A DNA stretch of 64,000 nucleotides, from contig JBLDXI010000009.1 in NCBI GenBank assembly GCA_047495785.1, positions 1,302,001-1,366,000 of the forward strand, written 5' to 3'. A program made the position numbers and the translations under genes. The notes beneath the pieces were generated by a model that was given only the letters and a program-made list of their open reading frames with translations, was not told the DNA's origin and ran no database searches. Source of the stretch: Lepidodermella squamata (taxonomy: Eukaryota; Animalia; Gastrotricha). Positions 25,172-38,000 of the stretch are shown piece by piece. The first letter of the stretch is position 1; each line of letters starts with the position of its first letter.

Positions 25172-27604
25172 GATTTATATTGCTGTATACTTACGACGAC
25201 TTGGTATTAAATTAAGCTATAATTGAAAAGACAAAATGCTCGATGAGGTCGCGTGTTCGAGATGAACAGGCTTATATAGCTAGTTAGTTAGGGTTTGATA
25301 GCGATCTTATCGCGGTTATGCCTGACAAGCCGGACATTTAGCCGCTGGTTGATCGTCAAGCGGTAATTGTAAGCGCTTCAACGTCGGACGCGGAATAGCG
25401 CGTTCGTTAATTAAGCGCGCTTAATGACCTTGACACGCCACTTTGATAAGCGGCGCGCATTTTGACGCTCACCACCGCGCGGTCTATCAAGAAAGTGAGA
25501 CGACGACGACAAGGCACTGGCGCGAGGCGTCGGTCATGTTAGCTAAATTTAATTGAAACTGAAAATAATGGTTGTAAAGCTACACTAAATGAGCGCCTTA
25601 ATTTTGGCGCGAGCTTGTTGTGAATTTGAAATGAGACGAAAACAAACAACCCGGAAAATTCTGTTCAACAAGGCATTTTTAACAATAATAACAAATTTAA
25701 TTGTACCGGTGATGTTAATCGCGAGCGGCAATAACAGAGAGCGGGTTTCTTTTTAAGCGCGCCGCCGCTCGACGCGCATTAAAAAGTTTGCAATCTCCTG
25801 GTGCGCGCGCGCGCAGAAAAAACCGCGGGAATATTTTTGCGCAATATTTTCTCAACTGCGGCGCGCGCGCGCAAAATATTGCGACTGCTGTTTTTGCGAC
25901 TGACTGCCGCGGCTCGAGCGCACCAGTTGCACTGGAAGCCGCGCGTAAAAAGTGCACGCGACACATTGAGTGGCGGCGAGCATCGACGCGTGACCCCGGT
26001 GCTGAGTCGCAACTACCAGGCGGCGAGCACGCGCATCACGTTTCGAAATTGCCTATTGCCTATAAATAACGTCGCGAAATGAGCAAGACCAGACGCAAGC
26101 GATAGCCAAGCAATTATCGGCTCAGGCAAGCGGGTCACCTTGTCGCTCGCGAACTTGACACGGCAATTGTCGTCGTGTCAGACTCCCGCGCGCTCAAATC
26201 GGGCAGCTTATTACTAAAGGCAAATATTGTTACAAAAGTTGCGCGTTTGTGTTGCTATGCGTTGTCGAAGTTCTAAATTTATTTAAACAACAACATACGC
26301 GCTCATCGGTGTGTTTGCCGACGCCTAGGCCGTGCTTTCGGCATTTAAAAACAGCGCGTGCCTTCAAGAAAGGCGCGCGCGTTTTTGATAATGAGTACGA
26401 CGCTGCAATTAATAAAACAAGCTAATTAAAACATGTAATCAAGTCAGCGATAACTTTGCATCATCATCCTAATTTTGACTTGTGTCGACGTAATTTTTAC
26501 CCGAGCGCGTTTATATAGTCCGGGCTATCACTGGTGCGTGATAGGATCGTCAAAGTAACTTGTCATTCCCACGCGTCTATTTTGACACGCTGCTCATTTT
26601 CGTCGCCGTCTTTTAACAACCGTATATGTATGTGAACGAGCCTCGGCTCATCTGAGTTTAATTGCTGGCGCGAGAGGCGATCGTATCACCTTTGATCGGG
26701 CCTCGTAGTTTTTATTGCGGCGGCCACGGAAGAGCGCGTCTCACTTGAGCGCGGCGACGAGTCCTCTTCACGCCAATTGCGCTCGTATCATCGTACATGA
26801 TTTGATACCATCTCGCTCCCCGTCATGTGTCCCGGAACTCAAACACATTCCCACAAGTAATTACACTAGTGTTATTGCTGTGCAACAACAGGTAACAAAA
26901 TACGGTATATGTTACACGCATTATTTTATTACCCTCGGCGCTCTGCACAGGTAATAAAGAAAAGTGAGCCTGCGGTTGGGTCGGGTGAGTAAATAAATAA
27001 CCCGTGTGTATGTGTGTGTGTATCAGCGCACGTGTTTAATGTTTGCGCGCGCAGGGTTAGCGAGTGAGCGCGCACTGGCAAGGTGACTCGTGACTCCTCG
27101 GCAGCTAGCCTGCTCGCTCGGCAGCTATACACTCGTGTCGTCAACAAGTACGGGCAATTTCTCAAGTAGTCGACGCATAAATCAAACAGTTTGGCCTCTC
27201 AAGAATTCGGCTTCTGCTGTCAAGCCTGTGTGTGGTTGCAAGGTTTAGACGCCTCAGATCCCGTCAGTGTCAGTGATATTACAACAATATTCCCAAATCA
27301 AAATTAGACCCTTGTTCAAACTGGAAAATTAAGTTTGCTGCATTTGGCTGGATTGGAACCCTCGAGCTTACAAAAAGAAGAGTGATAATGAAAGAATGAA
27401 CTGTATAAAAAGTTGGATAAAACAATGCGATCCAGGTGAGCGAAAAAAACCGCAGCATTTCTATTGACTATTACGACCTTACACAAATAGAAAAAAATGC
27501 GCTCAGGGTTGACAGGAACAAATTCTGCGCAGTGACAAGAACATCTGCGGTCTATAAAAGAAGCAAAAACCAAACACACCTCATTACTATTTTGATAACA
27601 AAAA

Positions 27605-29247
27605 ATGCTGTATTTGGCACTAATTCCCGGCGCTGCTTTTCTCTACGGCTCGTATCGGTATTTTCTGGACAAAAGATTCAAATTACCTCCGGGTCCGACA
27701 CCAACGCCTTTCCTCGGCAACGCTCTGCTTCTGCCTGACGCGACTAATCCAAAGTCGAAGAAAACGTGGGAATTTTTCCGCGACCTCGGCGAACAGTACG
27801 GCCCAATCAGCACGTTCTACCTGGGCCAGTTTCGCACTATTGTTCTCAACGATGTTGAATTGATTCGCGAAGCTATTGTAAATCAGTCGAAAGTGTTCAG
27901 CGGTAGAGCTACAGACTATTTGCCGTCATTCGGCCCGCTTCGCAATGGAGTACTCACTACAAGTGGCGAAAAATGGCGAAAACACCGCCGTTTCGGCCTG
28001 AAAGCCATGAGAGATTTCGGTATAATTCAAATTAATTTTCTTATAGCGCCGAAATTCAAAAAACGACTTATTTTTATTAGGAATGGGAAAGGATGTGATG
28101 GTGACTAAAATTTTGTTCGAAGTCGAGCAGCTTATTGATGAAATGTCGAAGCAAGCGACCAAGCCTTTTGACCCTCGGGAGCTTATCGCCAATGCTGTTT
28201 CAAATATAATTTGCGAATTCGTCTTCGGTAAAAGGTGAGTCGTCACGTTTAATACGCGTTATAAAATTCTAATTGATATAATAATAACAGATTCGAATAC
28301 GGTGACCCGGTGTTTCAAAAAATGTTACATAATATTGCTGCAACAGTGAAAAATCTTACCGGCGAGCGGAAAAAGTTTTTTGCTTTCCCAATTCTGGCCA
28401 ATTTCAGTGTACCATATGAGGTAAGTGAAATATGATATTTATATCAAGGTTTTTACTTTAATCTCGATCACAGACAAGTAGCCATCTGGAGATTGTCGAA
28501 TATGTGGAGAAGATGCTGATCAAAGCCATCGAAGACCACCGGGCCGACTACGACGCGGAGAATATTCGCGATTTTCCAGATTTATTCATCCAAATGGAGA
28601 GCGATCCCAACGAAAAGTTGTCTATTCGCGATTTTACCTTTGTCATGGTTGACATGTTTATCGCTGGCACTGAGACTACGGCAACTGCGCTGAGCTGGAC
28701 CCTGATTCACCTTGCAACATATCCAGAATTCCAGAAGAAATGTCACGATTGTGTTGACGAATTCTACGACACTGATAGGCAACCAAGCGTGGCTGATCGG
28801 CCTCATCTGCCCTACCTGGATGCTGTAATGTGCGAAATTTTGCGCAAGGTCAGCGTCGCCCCGCTTGCTTTGTACCACTCAAACCTCGAAAACCACGCCA
28901 AAGTTGCGGATTATGACATACCCCCGAATTCGGTGGTCATCTACAACGTCGCAGCAGTTCATCACGATAGTAAATACTGGCAAAGTCCAGACGCTTTTAT
29001 CCCAGAACGCTGGATCGATGAAAACACTGGCAAATTGCTGAGCCATTCATCGCATTTCATGCCATTTGGCACTGGGCCTAGAGTCTGCCTAGGCGAAGGT
29101 CTAGCTCGGGTCGAATATTTCCTGTTTTTCGTATCCATCTTGCGAAAATTTTCTTTCAAATTGTCGAAGCCGATCAATCTCGATGAATATCTGTCCGGAA
29201 TTATCAATTTAGCTCCTCCCTTTGAAATAATTCTGGAATCGCGCTAA
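27605..29247 (+). CDS. Cytochrome P450, CYP2 clan (CYP-A); 4 exons
   Basis: PPGP, WRKHRR, AGTETT, EILR, PERW, PFGTGPRVCLG; tataaaa about 50 bp upstream. Confidence 0.95.
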
Positions 29248-29324
29248 AGACTTTTTATTTTCTTTAATAATTCAACAGTTGCTATGGAAACAATAAAAAT
29301 TTCCGGAAGCTTAATCAGATCGTT

Positions 29325-32300
29325 CTATGGCTTAGTTTTCAAGAAATTTTGATCTCGACTTTTCAAATAATTGAAGACTCTAATTTTGTAATCGTGGTCA
29401 TGCTTCGTTGAATCCAAATCATCGTCGCTTTCCTCGAAGTCAATATTTTCAAGCCAAGCAGCGTTCCGCTCATATATCTCGATTGTACGCTTTTTACCGG
29501 CGTGAGCTTTGGGATCCAGATTAGCTCCATTATCCAGCAATAATTTAACAATTTCCCAGCTTTCTTTCGAGGGCATTCCTGCAGGTAAAAATAGCTTATT
29601 ATATTCTATATAATCAGAATTTCTTACTTTCATTAAGCAAGAGCTGTAGCGCTGTTTGATGAGAAAATTTCCCTCTTTCGACTTGCAAATTAACATTAGC
29701 ATTAAACTCCGTGATAAGCATCCGGACAACGTCAATCTGTAGCCCAATCACAGCACTTTGCAGTGGCGTCAAACCGTTGTGATCGGCAATATCGACAATA
29801 GCAGGCGCGCGGATTAAACTCAGCCTAACTACTTCGACGTGACCCGTTCGAGCGGCGTAATGAATCGGAAAATCGCCCTTACTATCGCGCGTAATTGCCA
29901 TGGCAGGCTGTTTGTCGCAAAGCAGCTCGAAAATTGCAGCTTTACCTTCGTAGCAACCGGGCATAATCGGCACGAATAAGCATCGTTCGAAGTCCAGTTG
30001 CGAAATTTCGACGACCTTAATCTCGGTTTCCAATAAACAAGTGAATGCAAGGAATCCTTTAAGGTGGTTTATGGCTAATTCATCCCCGATCCAATGGCTG
30101 GCTAATATCATGCTGTTTTTCTTGCCGAATCCTTTCGATGAGACAACGGCCCCTCTATCTATCAGTAATTTCGCGATTTCATAATGGCCGGCTAATGCGG
30201 CTAGATGTAGAGGTTGATTTCCGTGGATATCGAGCGAATCCAGCTTAGCACCGGCTGTTATTAGCAAATCAACGACCTCGAAAGAACCGGCGGCCGCAGA
30301 TAAATGGAGAGGTGTCCGGCAGGAATCTTCAACATTGCTCGGCGAATCGATTTTCGCGCCATTTTGAATCAATACATCAGCAACGTGAGATTTGTTGTAG
30401 ACAGCGGCTATGTGAAGCGGAGTCCGGCCTAGTTCCGCATCACGGGAATTCACGGCACGTCTATCAGCCCTCAGCAACCGTTCGGTAATTCTTGTCGAAC
30501 CGCCTTTTGCAGCTTTTCGAAGTAAATCATCAATTTTCGCTGAGTCATCGCTGTGATTTTCGAACAGCAAGGAGAAAACTTCGCTTGACCCGTTTTCGGC
30601 CGAGAGCATCATTGCAGTGGCGTTTTCATCCATAGGATGGTCACTTGTCGCGTTGACATCAATGCCTCGATCAATCAAAAGTTTAGCAGCCTCAATATGG
30701 TCACCTATCGCAGCTAGATGAAGCAAATTTCGGCCGTTAGAGCAACTACTCTTCAGCAATTTCGAATCGCATTCAAGTAGAAAAGAAACCGCTTGAGCAT
30801 CGCCTGTTCTGGCGAAGTAGCAAATAGCGTTGTCACCATTTGCTGTCCTAACGTCTCTATTTTTGTTAAATAACACCCTGAAAAAATGGAAATTATATTT
30901 GATTAGGAATAGAAATCTTCCCTCTTACTTGGCGCATTTGAAGTTTTTGTGAATAATTGCCAAATGAAGTGCTGGAACTTGGTCGAAGTCAGTTTCAAGG
31001 GTCAAAATCGCGACATCCGCTCGGCATTTTTCGCCGATCAGAACTCGAGTTGTTTCGGCATCTCCATGACCAGCTGCTACTAAATGAAGCGCATTTCTGC
31101 CCAAATTATTTCTCGTCGTATCTGCAGCTATCCCTAATTTACACAACATCGGCAAAATATCGACTCTTCTCGATTTCGCCGCCAGATGTAGTAGCGAATT
31201 CCCATCCTGATCGACCATCTTGAGATTCGCCCCAAGTTCCAATAGTAGTTTCGCCATTTCCCCGTGGCCCTGGGCTACTGCGATTTGTAAGGCTGTGTAT
31301 TCTTCGCCATTCTTCCATACGGTTTTGGACTCGAGATCCATGGTACGATCTTGCCCCATCTCCTTCACAATTTTCGTCGAATTCGAGGCAACTGCTGCGT
31401 GTAAGGCATTCCTACCGGTCACGTGGCTAACAGCAGCCATATTAGCCCCTCGATTTTTTAGAATTTCTACCGCATTTCTGCTCGAAGCAACGAGAACCGG
31501 CGTTTCGCCATCATCGTTTTGAATTTCCAACAATAAGCCGTCTTTCCATTTTGAGAGGAATTTCAGCGTTTTCCCGTTGTCTAGCATTGCGGCTAGATGG
31601 CATGGGGTGAGGCCCGTCTTACCTCCGAATTTACACCTTGCCATCACATCGGCGTCGAATTCTTTCAAAATCATTTTGACAAACGCTGCTTGGTCGTGAG
31701 ACGTCGCCCAATGAAGAGAGTTGCGTTCTGACCCGTCATCGATTTTATCATCCAACAGTGACTTGCCGCATTTTAGCAGCAGAACTCGGCCGACTTCAAC
31801 GTGGCCAAGACGAGCCGCGAGTAGGAACGGCGTCTCTGATTGGCCATTCACATCCTCAGCCGAAGCGCCCGTCTCCAGCAGAAATTCAACAACTTCTGGC
31901 TGATTGTTTTTCACAGCTAAGTGGAGCAGTGTCGAGTTTTCGTTGTCCACATTTCGCTGACGGGCAATCTCGGAACTTGTGACCAATTCTGTCACTCCAA
32001 CTAAATCACCAGTTTCCACCGCGATGATCAATGCGGAGTTCTATAAGAATCTTAGCTAAATGCGAGCATTTCAAAAAATTTAAATGATTACAAAATTATT
32101 TTTCTGATTATTTTCTTCGTCTTCCCAATGTTTCCGTAACGTTTGAAGGGTTGATAGAAGCGTTTCGCTGTCTTCTTCATCTTTGCACAAATCGCCCATC
32201 TCATCGCCACTCATTTCTTTCAACTTGGAAGCAGCTAATTTCTTACCTGTGTAATTTTTTTTTAAATTATAGCTATAATATTCATCAAGGATTATACATT

Positions 32301-33584
32301 TTAAAAACGAGCAGACACGCTGGACTTCTTCGTGGTCCAAGGCAATGCAGTTTCGGACAAGGTCCAGTTCGTAACGCTGAGTCTCGTCGTTAGCAAATCT
32401 TTCAACAAGAATAGGATGCGCTATAATTTTCGATAAAGAAATCCGATCACTTGGTTTTCGCTTCAGCATTGACGAGACAAGCTCCCGCAATTCCTTACTA
32501 TAGGGCTGAGGAAGAGGGCTTGCATCTTTCCTTCCGAATTATTCACATTTAATTTTTCCACAAATAATTTGAATAACAGTTTATTACTTTGAGAAGAAAG
32601 ATCTGAAATAAAGAAAAAAAATCATTTCAATATTGGGTTAATAATGCATGGGAAACCTACCCCTTAATAGTCTTCGAATCAGGAAACTGTGGGGTGAATA
32701 TCATTTCAGAAAAATGAAAGAGATTGGAAACCGAATTACCGGAAGTGACAAGGTACAAAGCTGGTAGATGACAACTCCGAGGGACCAAATATCGAAAGCC
32801 TCCGTCAGTTTCGATTTAGCGTCGAAATACTCTGGGGCGTAGTAGAGCAGATGTCTCTCATTGATAGCTTCTTGCTTCAGCCGCTTCAACCAAGGAACAC
32901 AACCGAAAGTGGTAAGGATCATTGAATTGTCCTCTTTGTTGTAGAAAATGTTCTAGGCCAGTATGCGAATTATGAAAAATTGAAAAATATGCTGAACTAT
33001 TACCGTTGCTTTAATATTTCCATGAATAATTTTCGGCTCGTTTGAATGTAAGATAATATTCAAGGCAGAAGCTAGTTGACCCAACCAAAGCCAAATCTGT
33101 ATATAAGACTCAATTTATAATTGAAATCCTGATTAAAGCTATACATTTTCTTCTGGAAACTTTTCATCTTTGGATCTTTGGCTTATAAAAGTTGCAAGAC
33201 TATCATCTGAAGGAGAAAAATTCTGAATTCTCCACGAATTTCTTAATGCAACATACCCTCTTGAAAAATCGCTGAGAAAATGTTTAGACAGCCAGTTTCT
33301 GAAAAGCTTGAATTTTGTAAATTGTTCTATCACTAAAGATACTGACTACCATCAGCAAAATAATTAGTTGGAGCTTGAAGGTTGTCATGCCGAATTGAGT
33401 CAATTATCAGTTGCAATTCTTCAACGGCCGATTCTTGATTTTTAGCATTTTCGAAGTGTTCCTTGGTTTGAATTTGTTTCAGCGCGAATTCTGCGTCATC
33501 GGTTAATCGCCGAACTCGTTTCGTAACACCAAAAGCTCCAGGCTTACCATCATCAAAGTGACCTAAATCGCTAAAATCATCCAT
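29325..33584 (-). CDS. N-terminal (pseudo)kinase, NEK-like fold, followed by a long ankyrin-repeat array; multi-exon
   Basis: GAFG, ALK, spliced IIHGNIKAT|NIF, TFG, YYAPE, DIWSLG, KPSDRI; many TPLHxAA/LLxxGA repeats across about 29600-32030. Confidence 0.85.
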
Positions 33585-34105
33585 ACGGATTTTACCACTA
33601 GCAAAACGGTAAAGCCGATAGATTACTGCTATACCTTAGCCTCTGTTAAATTATTCATCAGACCTTTTCAAATTGAATATTGAATATTGTAGTCGTTATT
33701 AATCAATCCTGTATATTGATTACCGTTGCTCATTGATATTTGTTTTCTTCCAACTCGAGATGACTCATCACCGGCTGCAAAAAAGGCACATGCGTACAAT
33801 GGTTTTTTTACCGATCATCTCAAGAGCCGGTCAAGTACAGCTGCTGTCTTGGATTAATAAGGCAGAAGAGACGCGAACAGCGTAGGCTGAGAATTAGGGT
33901 GGTTTGATAAAAACAATAGCTACCTACTATATTGAGACTCTAGCCAAAAAAGATGACACAAAAAATGCACCGAAACGCGGGACTATAAAGAGCGTTAATT
34001 GCGCGCTTATCATATAACCCGTTTTTCGTCTTTATTATTACTATAAATATTATCGTTATTGTGCTGTATTTTTCAAATCAGGCCGAAGCGACGACTTGAA
34101 GTGAA

Positions 34106-35511
34106 ATGGCAGCGTTTTTGTGTTATGCTATCCTATTAATAGCCCACTTCGGCTCAATTTCAGCTAATGGTAACTTGAATGAGAAAATAATTGAATTTAA
34201 CGTAACGACTTGAAATAAATTTAAGGCGGCTTTTTGGCATATCTACGCCAAGCCCAGACCAGCTCTGGAACCCATCTGCCAGCTGGTTCCTACTACGGCC
34301 AACCTCAGTACCAACCTCAAAATGAACACGCAGAGCCTGCTCATCGCCCGGCTGTTCCGCAGCACCCAGTCACCCCGCACTACAACCAGGAGTACTACGA
34401 TTTCCAATATTCCCAACAGCAAGCCTGGACCAACAGCAACTACCGTCCAGTTATCATCCCGATCAGGCCGGTCCCTCCGCCACCGCGGCCGCACGAGTAC
34501 TACCCGATCCCCCCGATTGATGTCCCAGCCGAAGAAGTGGAGCCACCGAAGAAGAACTCGACCCGTCGCGTCACCACAGTTTCGCCTACAACTGTAAATC
34601 GCCACCAATCGAGCAACGTAACTGAGCATCAAACTACAACTCCGGCGGTTTTGACCACGAACTGGCAATGGAGTGAGAAAAACGAGACGATTCACGAAAA
34701 TAACGCGACCATCATCGACGAGCCTGTTATCCAGTTCGAAAATACTACAGTTGCCATTGAGGTTGAAAATCAAAATTCAACCCAGCTTAACGTCACGGAG
34801 CATTCGGAGGTTGACAGCCATAACTCCACCCAAGCAGCTAATTCAACGGTTACTATTTCGGCTTCAAACAGCACGGAATCTAATAACCAAACTATTTTCC
34901 GAGTCAGGCGAAGCAAAGATCCTCTCGAGGAACTGGGCGCTGCTTTCCATGCCTTGAACAACCTGAGCAATGGCAGCCTTGAACGTGTCGTTAACAAGTT
35001 CTTCGACATGGCTTCTAACCTATCCGACGCTATTGAGAATGCGACAACCGTTTTCAACATGACCCTCCACGACTGGGATGTATCGAATAATGAAACAAAG
35101 TCAACCAACCTAACAAGCCATGGCCATAAGTCGAAGCTCCTTTCCCACGGTATGGACCGCATCGGAATGGGGTCTATTATGGTGAATGAAGCTTCAAACG
35201 GCTCACTAGCTCAAAATATTTCGCTTTTCGTAAATAACGCCACGGTTCGAAATGAGACGATTGATAATCTGAATTCGACCGTGCAAAACGCGACTAGTAA
35301 CGGCCACCTTGCTAAATTATTCGCCAAGCATCACATTGAGGGTGACGCTTTCGCTCAGCATAACATGACCAACACCACTTCCTGGCCACCGAAAATCAAC
35401 TCAAGCAATTTTACTACTGCTTTGCCTGATATTAAGAATTTAAATTTGACAACCATCGTCTTTCCAACTACGACCCAAAAGGCGAAAGTGACGACTAAGC
35501 AGGACCATTGA
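34106..35511 (+). CDS. Secreted P/Y/Q-rich, Asn/Thr-rich glycoprotein of unknown family; 2 exons
   Basis: Signal peptide MAAFLCYAILLIAHFGSISA, one phase-1 intron, long ORF with about 29 NxS/T sequons (hand count) and an RVRR site. Confidence 0.8.
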
Positions 35512-35940
35512 GATAGGAATCGAAATATTCGGCAACGCATCCGGTTCATAGATAAACCGGTGCTCATCACGCCATCCCGAAAGTTGAAATGTATTCCCCA
35601 TCACCTTTGTACCGTTCATCGATATTTCAGCGTAAAAACTATAGCAAACAATGCCTTTCCTGCGTTGATGTATGAAATAAAAAAGACAGATTATTGCGAC
35701 TTGTTGGGATACGCAGTATCATTATTTTTGAGATATAAATCATAAGCCTATGTATTGACACAAGGTAGATTCTGGGCGTTACTTTATTATACGCATGCCA
35801 GCAAGGTATGTAATTGCAGGCAAATATTGAATTTATGCATATAAGCCTATAACTGCAACATCGCCACCTACTGAATACAGTTGGTTGCGTGATTTTTGTG
35901 TAATATCAACAAGAATTGGCTGCAAAAATCAAATGAAATA

Positions 35941-37725
35941 ATGAGAGAACAATTAATTTGCCGATTAATTCCAAGTGTCATCACGGTATTAACTGCGACT
36001 ATCGGGATGAAAGGTTAGTGTCAAAAATCACTTGAAGCTCTTAGAAATTTTTATTATTTTTCAGCTATTCCAATGATCCGTGCTCAAAGTAGGAATAATG
36101 CCAATTTCATATATTGTAATTTTTGGGCTTATTTCCAAGGTCTTCCTCGCCAACAGCTCCTTCCCCTGCCCAGCAGCATGGCTCAAGCAAAATTCGTTGA
36201 CTCGCTATCATTCGGACCCGAGAGTTTAGCCGATATCACCAACGACTGGCGAACTAGCTGCTACGCCACTTTGAATCGAACAACTAATAGCGCCCAACTG
36301 AGCCGTCCAGATGGCAGATATGTCGTAGGATCCATCTGGAGCAAAGAGGTATCACCTCTAAAAATACCAAGTCCGGAGATGATTGAGTATTTTTTATAGG
36401 CGATTCCACGAAATTATTCGCATTGGCGATTGGAGATGAGATTTCGGCATCAAGACGCGCCACCTAAGGACATAGCTTTTTATTTAATCGCCCTCCCCAA
36501 CGGAACAACACCTGAAAGTAACATTTCCCCCATTTCTTTGCAAAAAAACATTCCAATTCCGCACAGATTGCATTGACGATGGTCTATATGCGATGCCTCC
36601 GGGTAGAACGGGTCTGGGAATTCGGTATTTCGCGAGAACTGGCGTTGTCTACGGCATATTCACTAATTTAGAGGCTCAAATAACGGGGGGCTTGTCGCTG
36701 AATTGGAACAACATTGCACAACAAGGCTCGGCGGCCGATCGAATGACCTTCGATAAATGCTTCATTGGCAGCCCGGACGAAATGACACGTTATGGCCGCG
36801 AATTCATCGCCATTATACAATATTTTAACGAAAGAATATCTGTAAAAAATTTCCCTTGCATTTCGCTGCCACTAAAAGTTGTTTTCTAGCTCACCATTGT
36901 TCCAACTATGGCAAAAGACGTGGCATTGGACTGCTTTGAGCAAGTCAGAGTTGATTTCGATAGTTTGCTAGCTATCAATCCGTGGCCTGTTTACATCGGC
37001 GTCGCGGGTGGATTAGATAACGATCTGTTGGCAATTTCCGAGCTCAGCTTTTTCAATCTTGTTGAACGAGAGTCTCAAACTACGAAAGACGCATTAGCAA
37101 CTTCTAAAACAACTACTCCTACAATAGATACAACAGGATCAACAGCAACGTCAAGCTCGACTACTTCGACAACTGAAGGCATGCCGACTACAACCTTTGA
37201 AGAGTCGACCACAGAAACAACTGAAATCCATAGTTCGAGTACGACTGAAGCCGTTACCAATGGCTATTACAATAGCACTACAGCCTTGATAACTTCAGGT
37301 AATTTCTCCACCTCTACCCTGCCATTGAGCAATACTACAACAATGACGACGACCAATCGAGTTGGGTCAAGCACTACAATACCTCCATTGTCTACGATAT
37401 CCCCATTTTGCACAAATTCGTTTGGTGACCAGTGTGGGGGTGCGATGTTTCGGGGCCAAACATGTTGTACGCCCGGGCTGGTTTGCTCACCAGTAGTCGG
37501 AGGTTCTTCGAAGTGCGTTTTGCCAACGATTTCAGTGACTGCCACTCCGCCTAGGATTACGAGAGTGTCGACGCCGAAAGTGACGCTCTCAACTGCCCCA
37601 GAGAAAATCACCCCTCAAAGTACACCTGTGGCGATAGCTCCAGCTAGTAAGTTTCACTTTCCGATTTTTTCAATAATTTTAATAATTTCCAATAAAATTA
37701 ATTATACACTTTTTTGCCAGATTAG
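35941..37725 (+). CDS. Putatively secreted L-type (ERGIC-53/VIP36-like) lectin domain + Ser/Thr mucin stalk + CBM1-like module
   Basis: Spliced: SLSFGP...W...VGSIWSKE|AIP..HWRLEMRF...TGLGIRYF...C...IIQY...C...YIGVAG...ISELSFF; Thr-rich run; CTNSFGDQCGGAMFRGQTCCTPGLVCSPVVGGSSKC at 37409-37516; start codon and last exon uncertain. Confidence 0.72.
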
Positions 37726-38000
37726 ATGGGTTCTGAAATAAGAATAACCCAAATTGTCCTCTGAAGTACTCATATGTATAAGGCTCGACATAATTCAGGA
37801 GTAACTTCGCTTTTTTAGTCATTTGAGAATATGGATGTCGGGGTTTTGAAGCCCGCATCAGCAGGATGCTTTTCGAACCGGATATTATTCATATTTCTCT
37901 CTATAATTGAACCGCACGGGCTAGTCGCGTTATTTTTCATTTAAATTAGCCAACCGCGCTGTAATTTGCGATTTAGCTATGTGTCTGTGACTTTTTGAGT

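Noticed and set aside
25715-26082. Four overlapping Arg/Ala-rich ORFs
   Set aside because: They are a by-product of GC-repeat composition, with no splice or domain support
33139-33584. Apparent stop and frameshift splitting the kinase N-lobe (pseudogene)
   Set aside because: Two short GT-AG introns give a continuous frame FAD|ETGCLNIFSAIFQE|DDSLA
34243-35162. Antisense ORFs of 176 and 130 aa, and similar shadows over the P450, ATPase and ankyrin genes
   Set aside because: They are reverse-frame shadows of real coding sequence with no motifs
35941-37725. Fungal contamination as the source of the CBM1-like module
   Set aside because: The module is embedded in a gene with the same short introns as its neighbours and is flanked by animal-type GPCR, claudin-like and CYP2-clan genes
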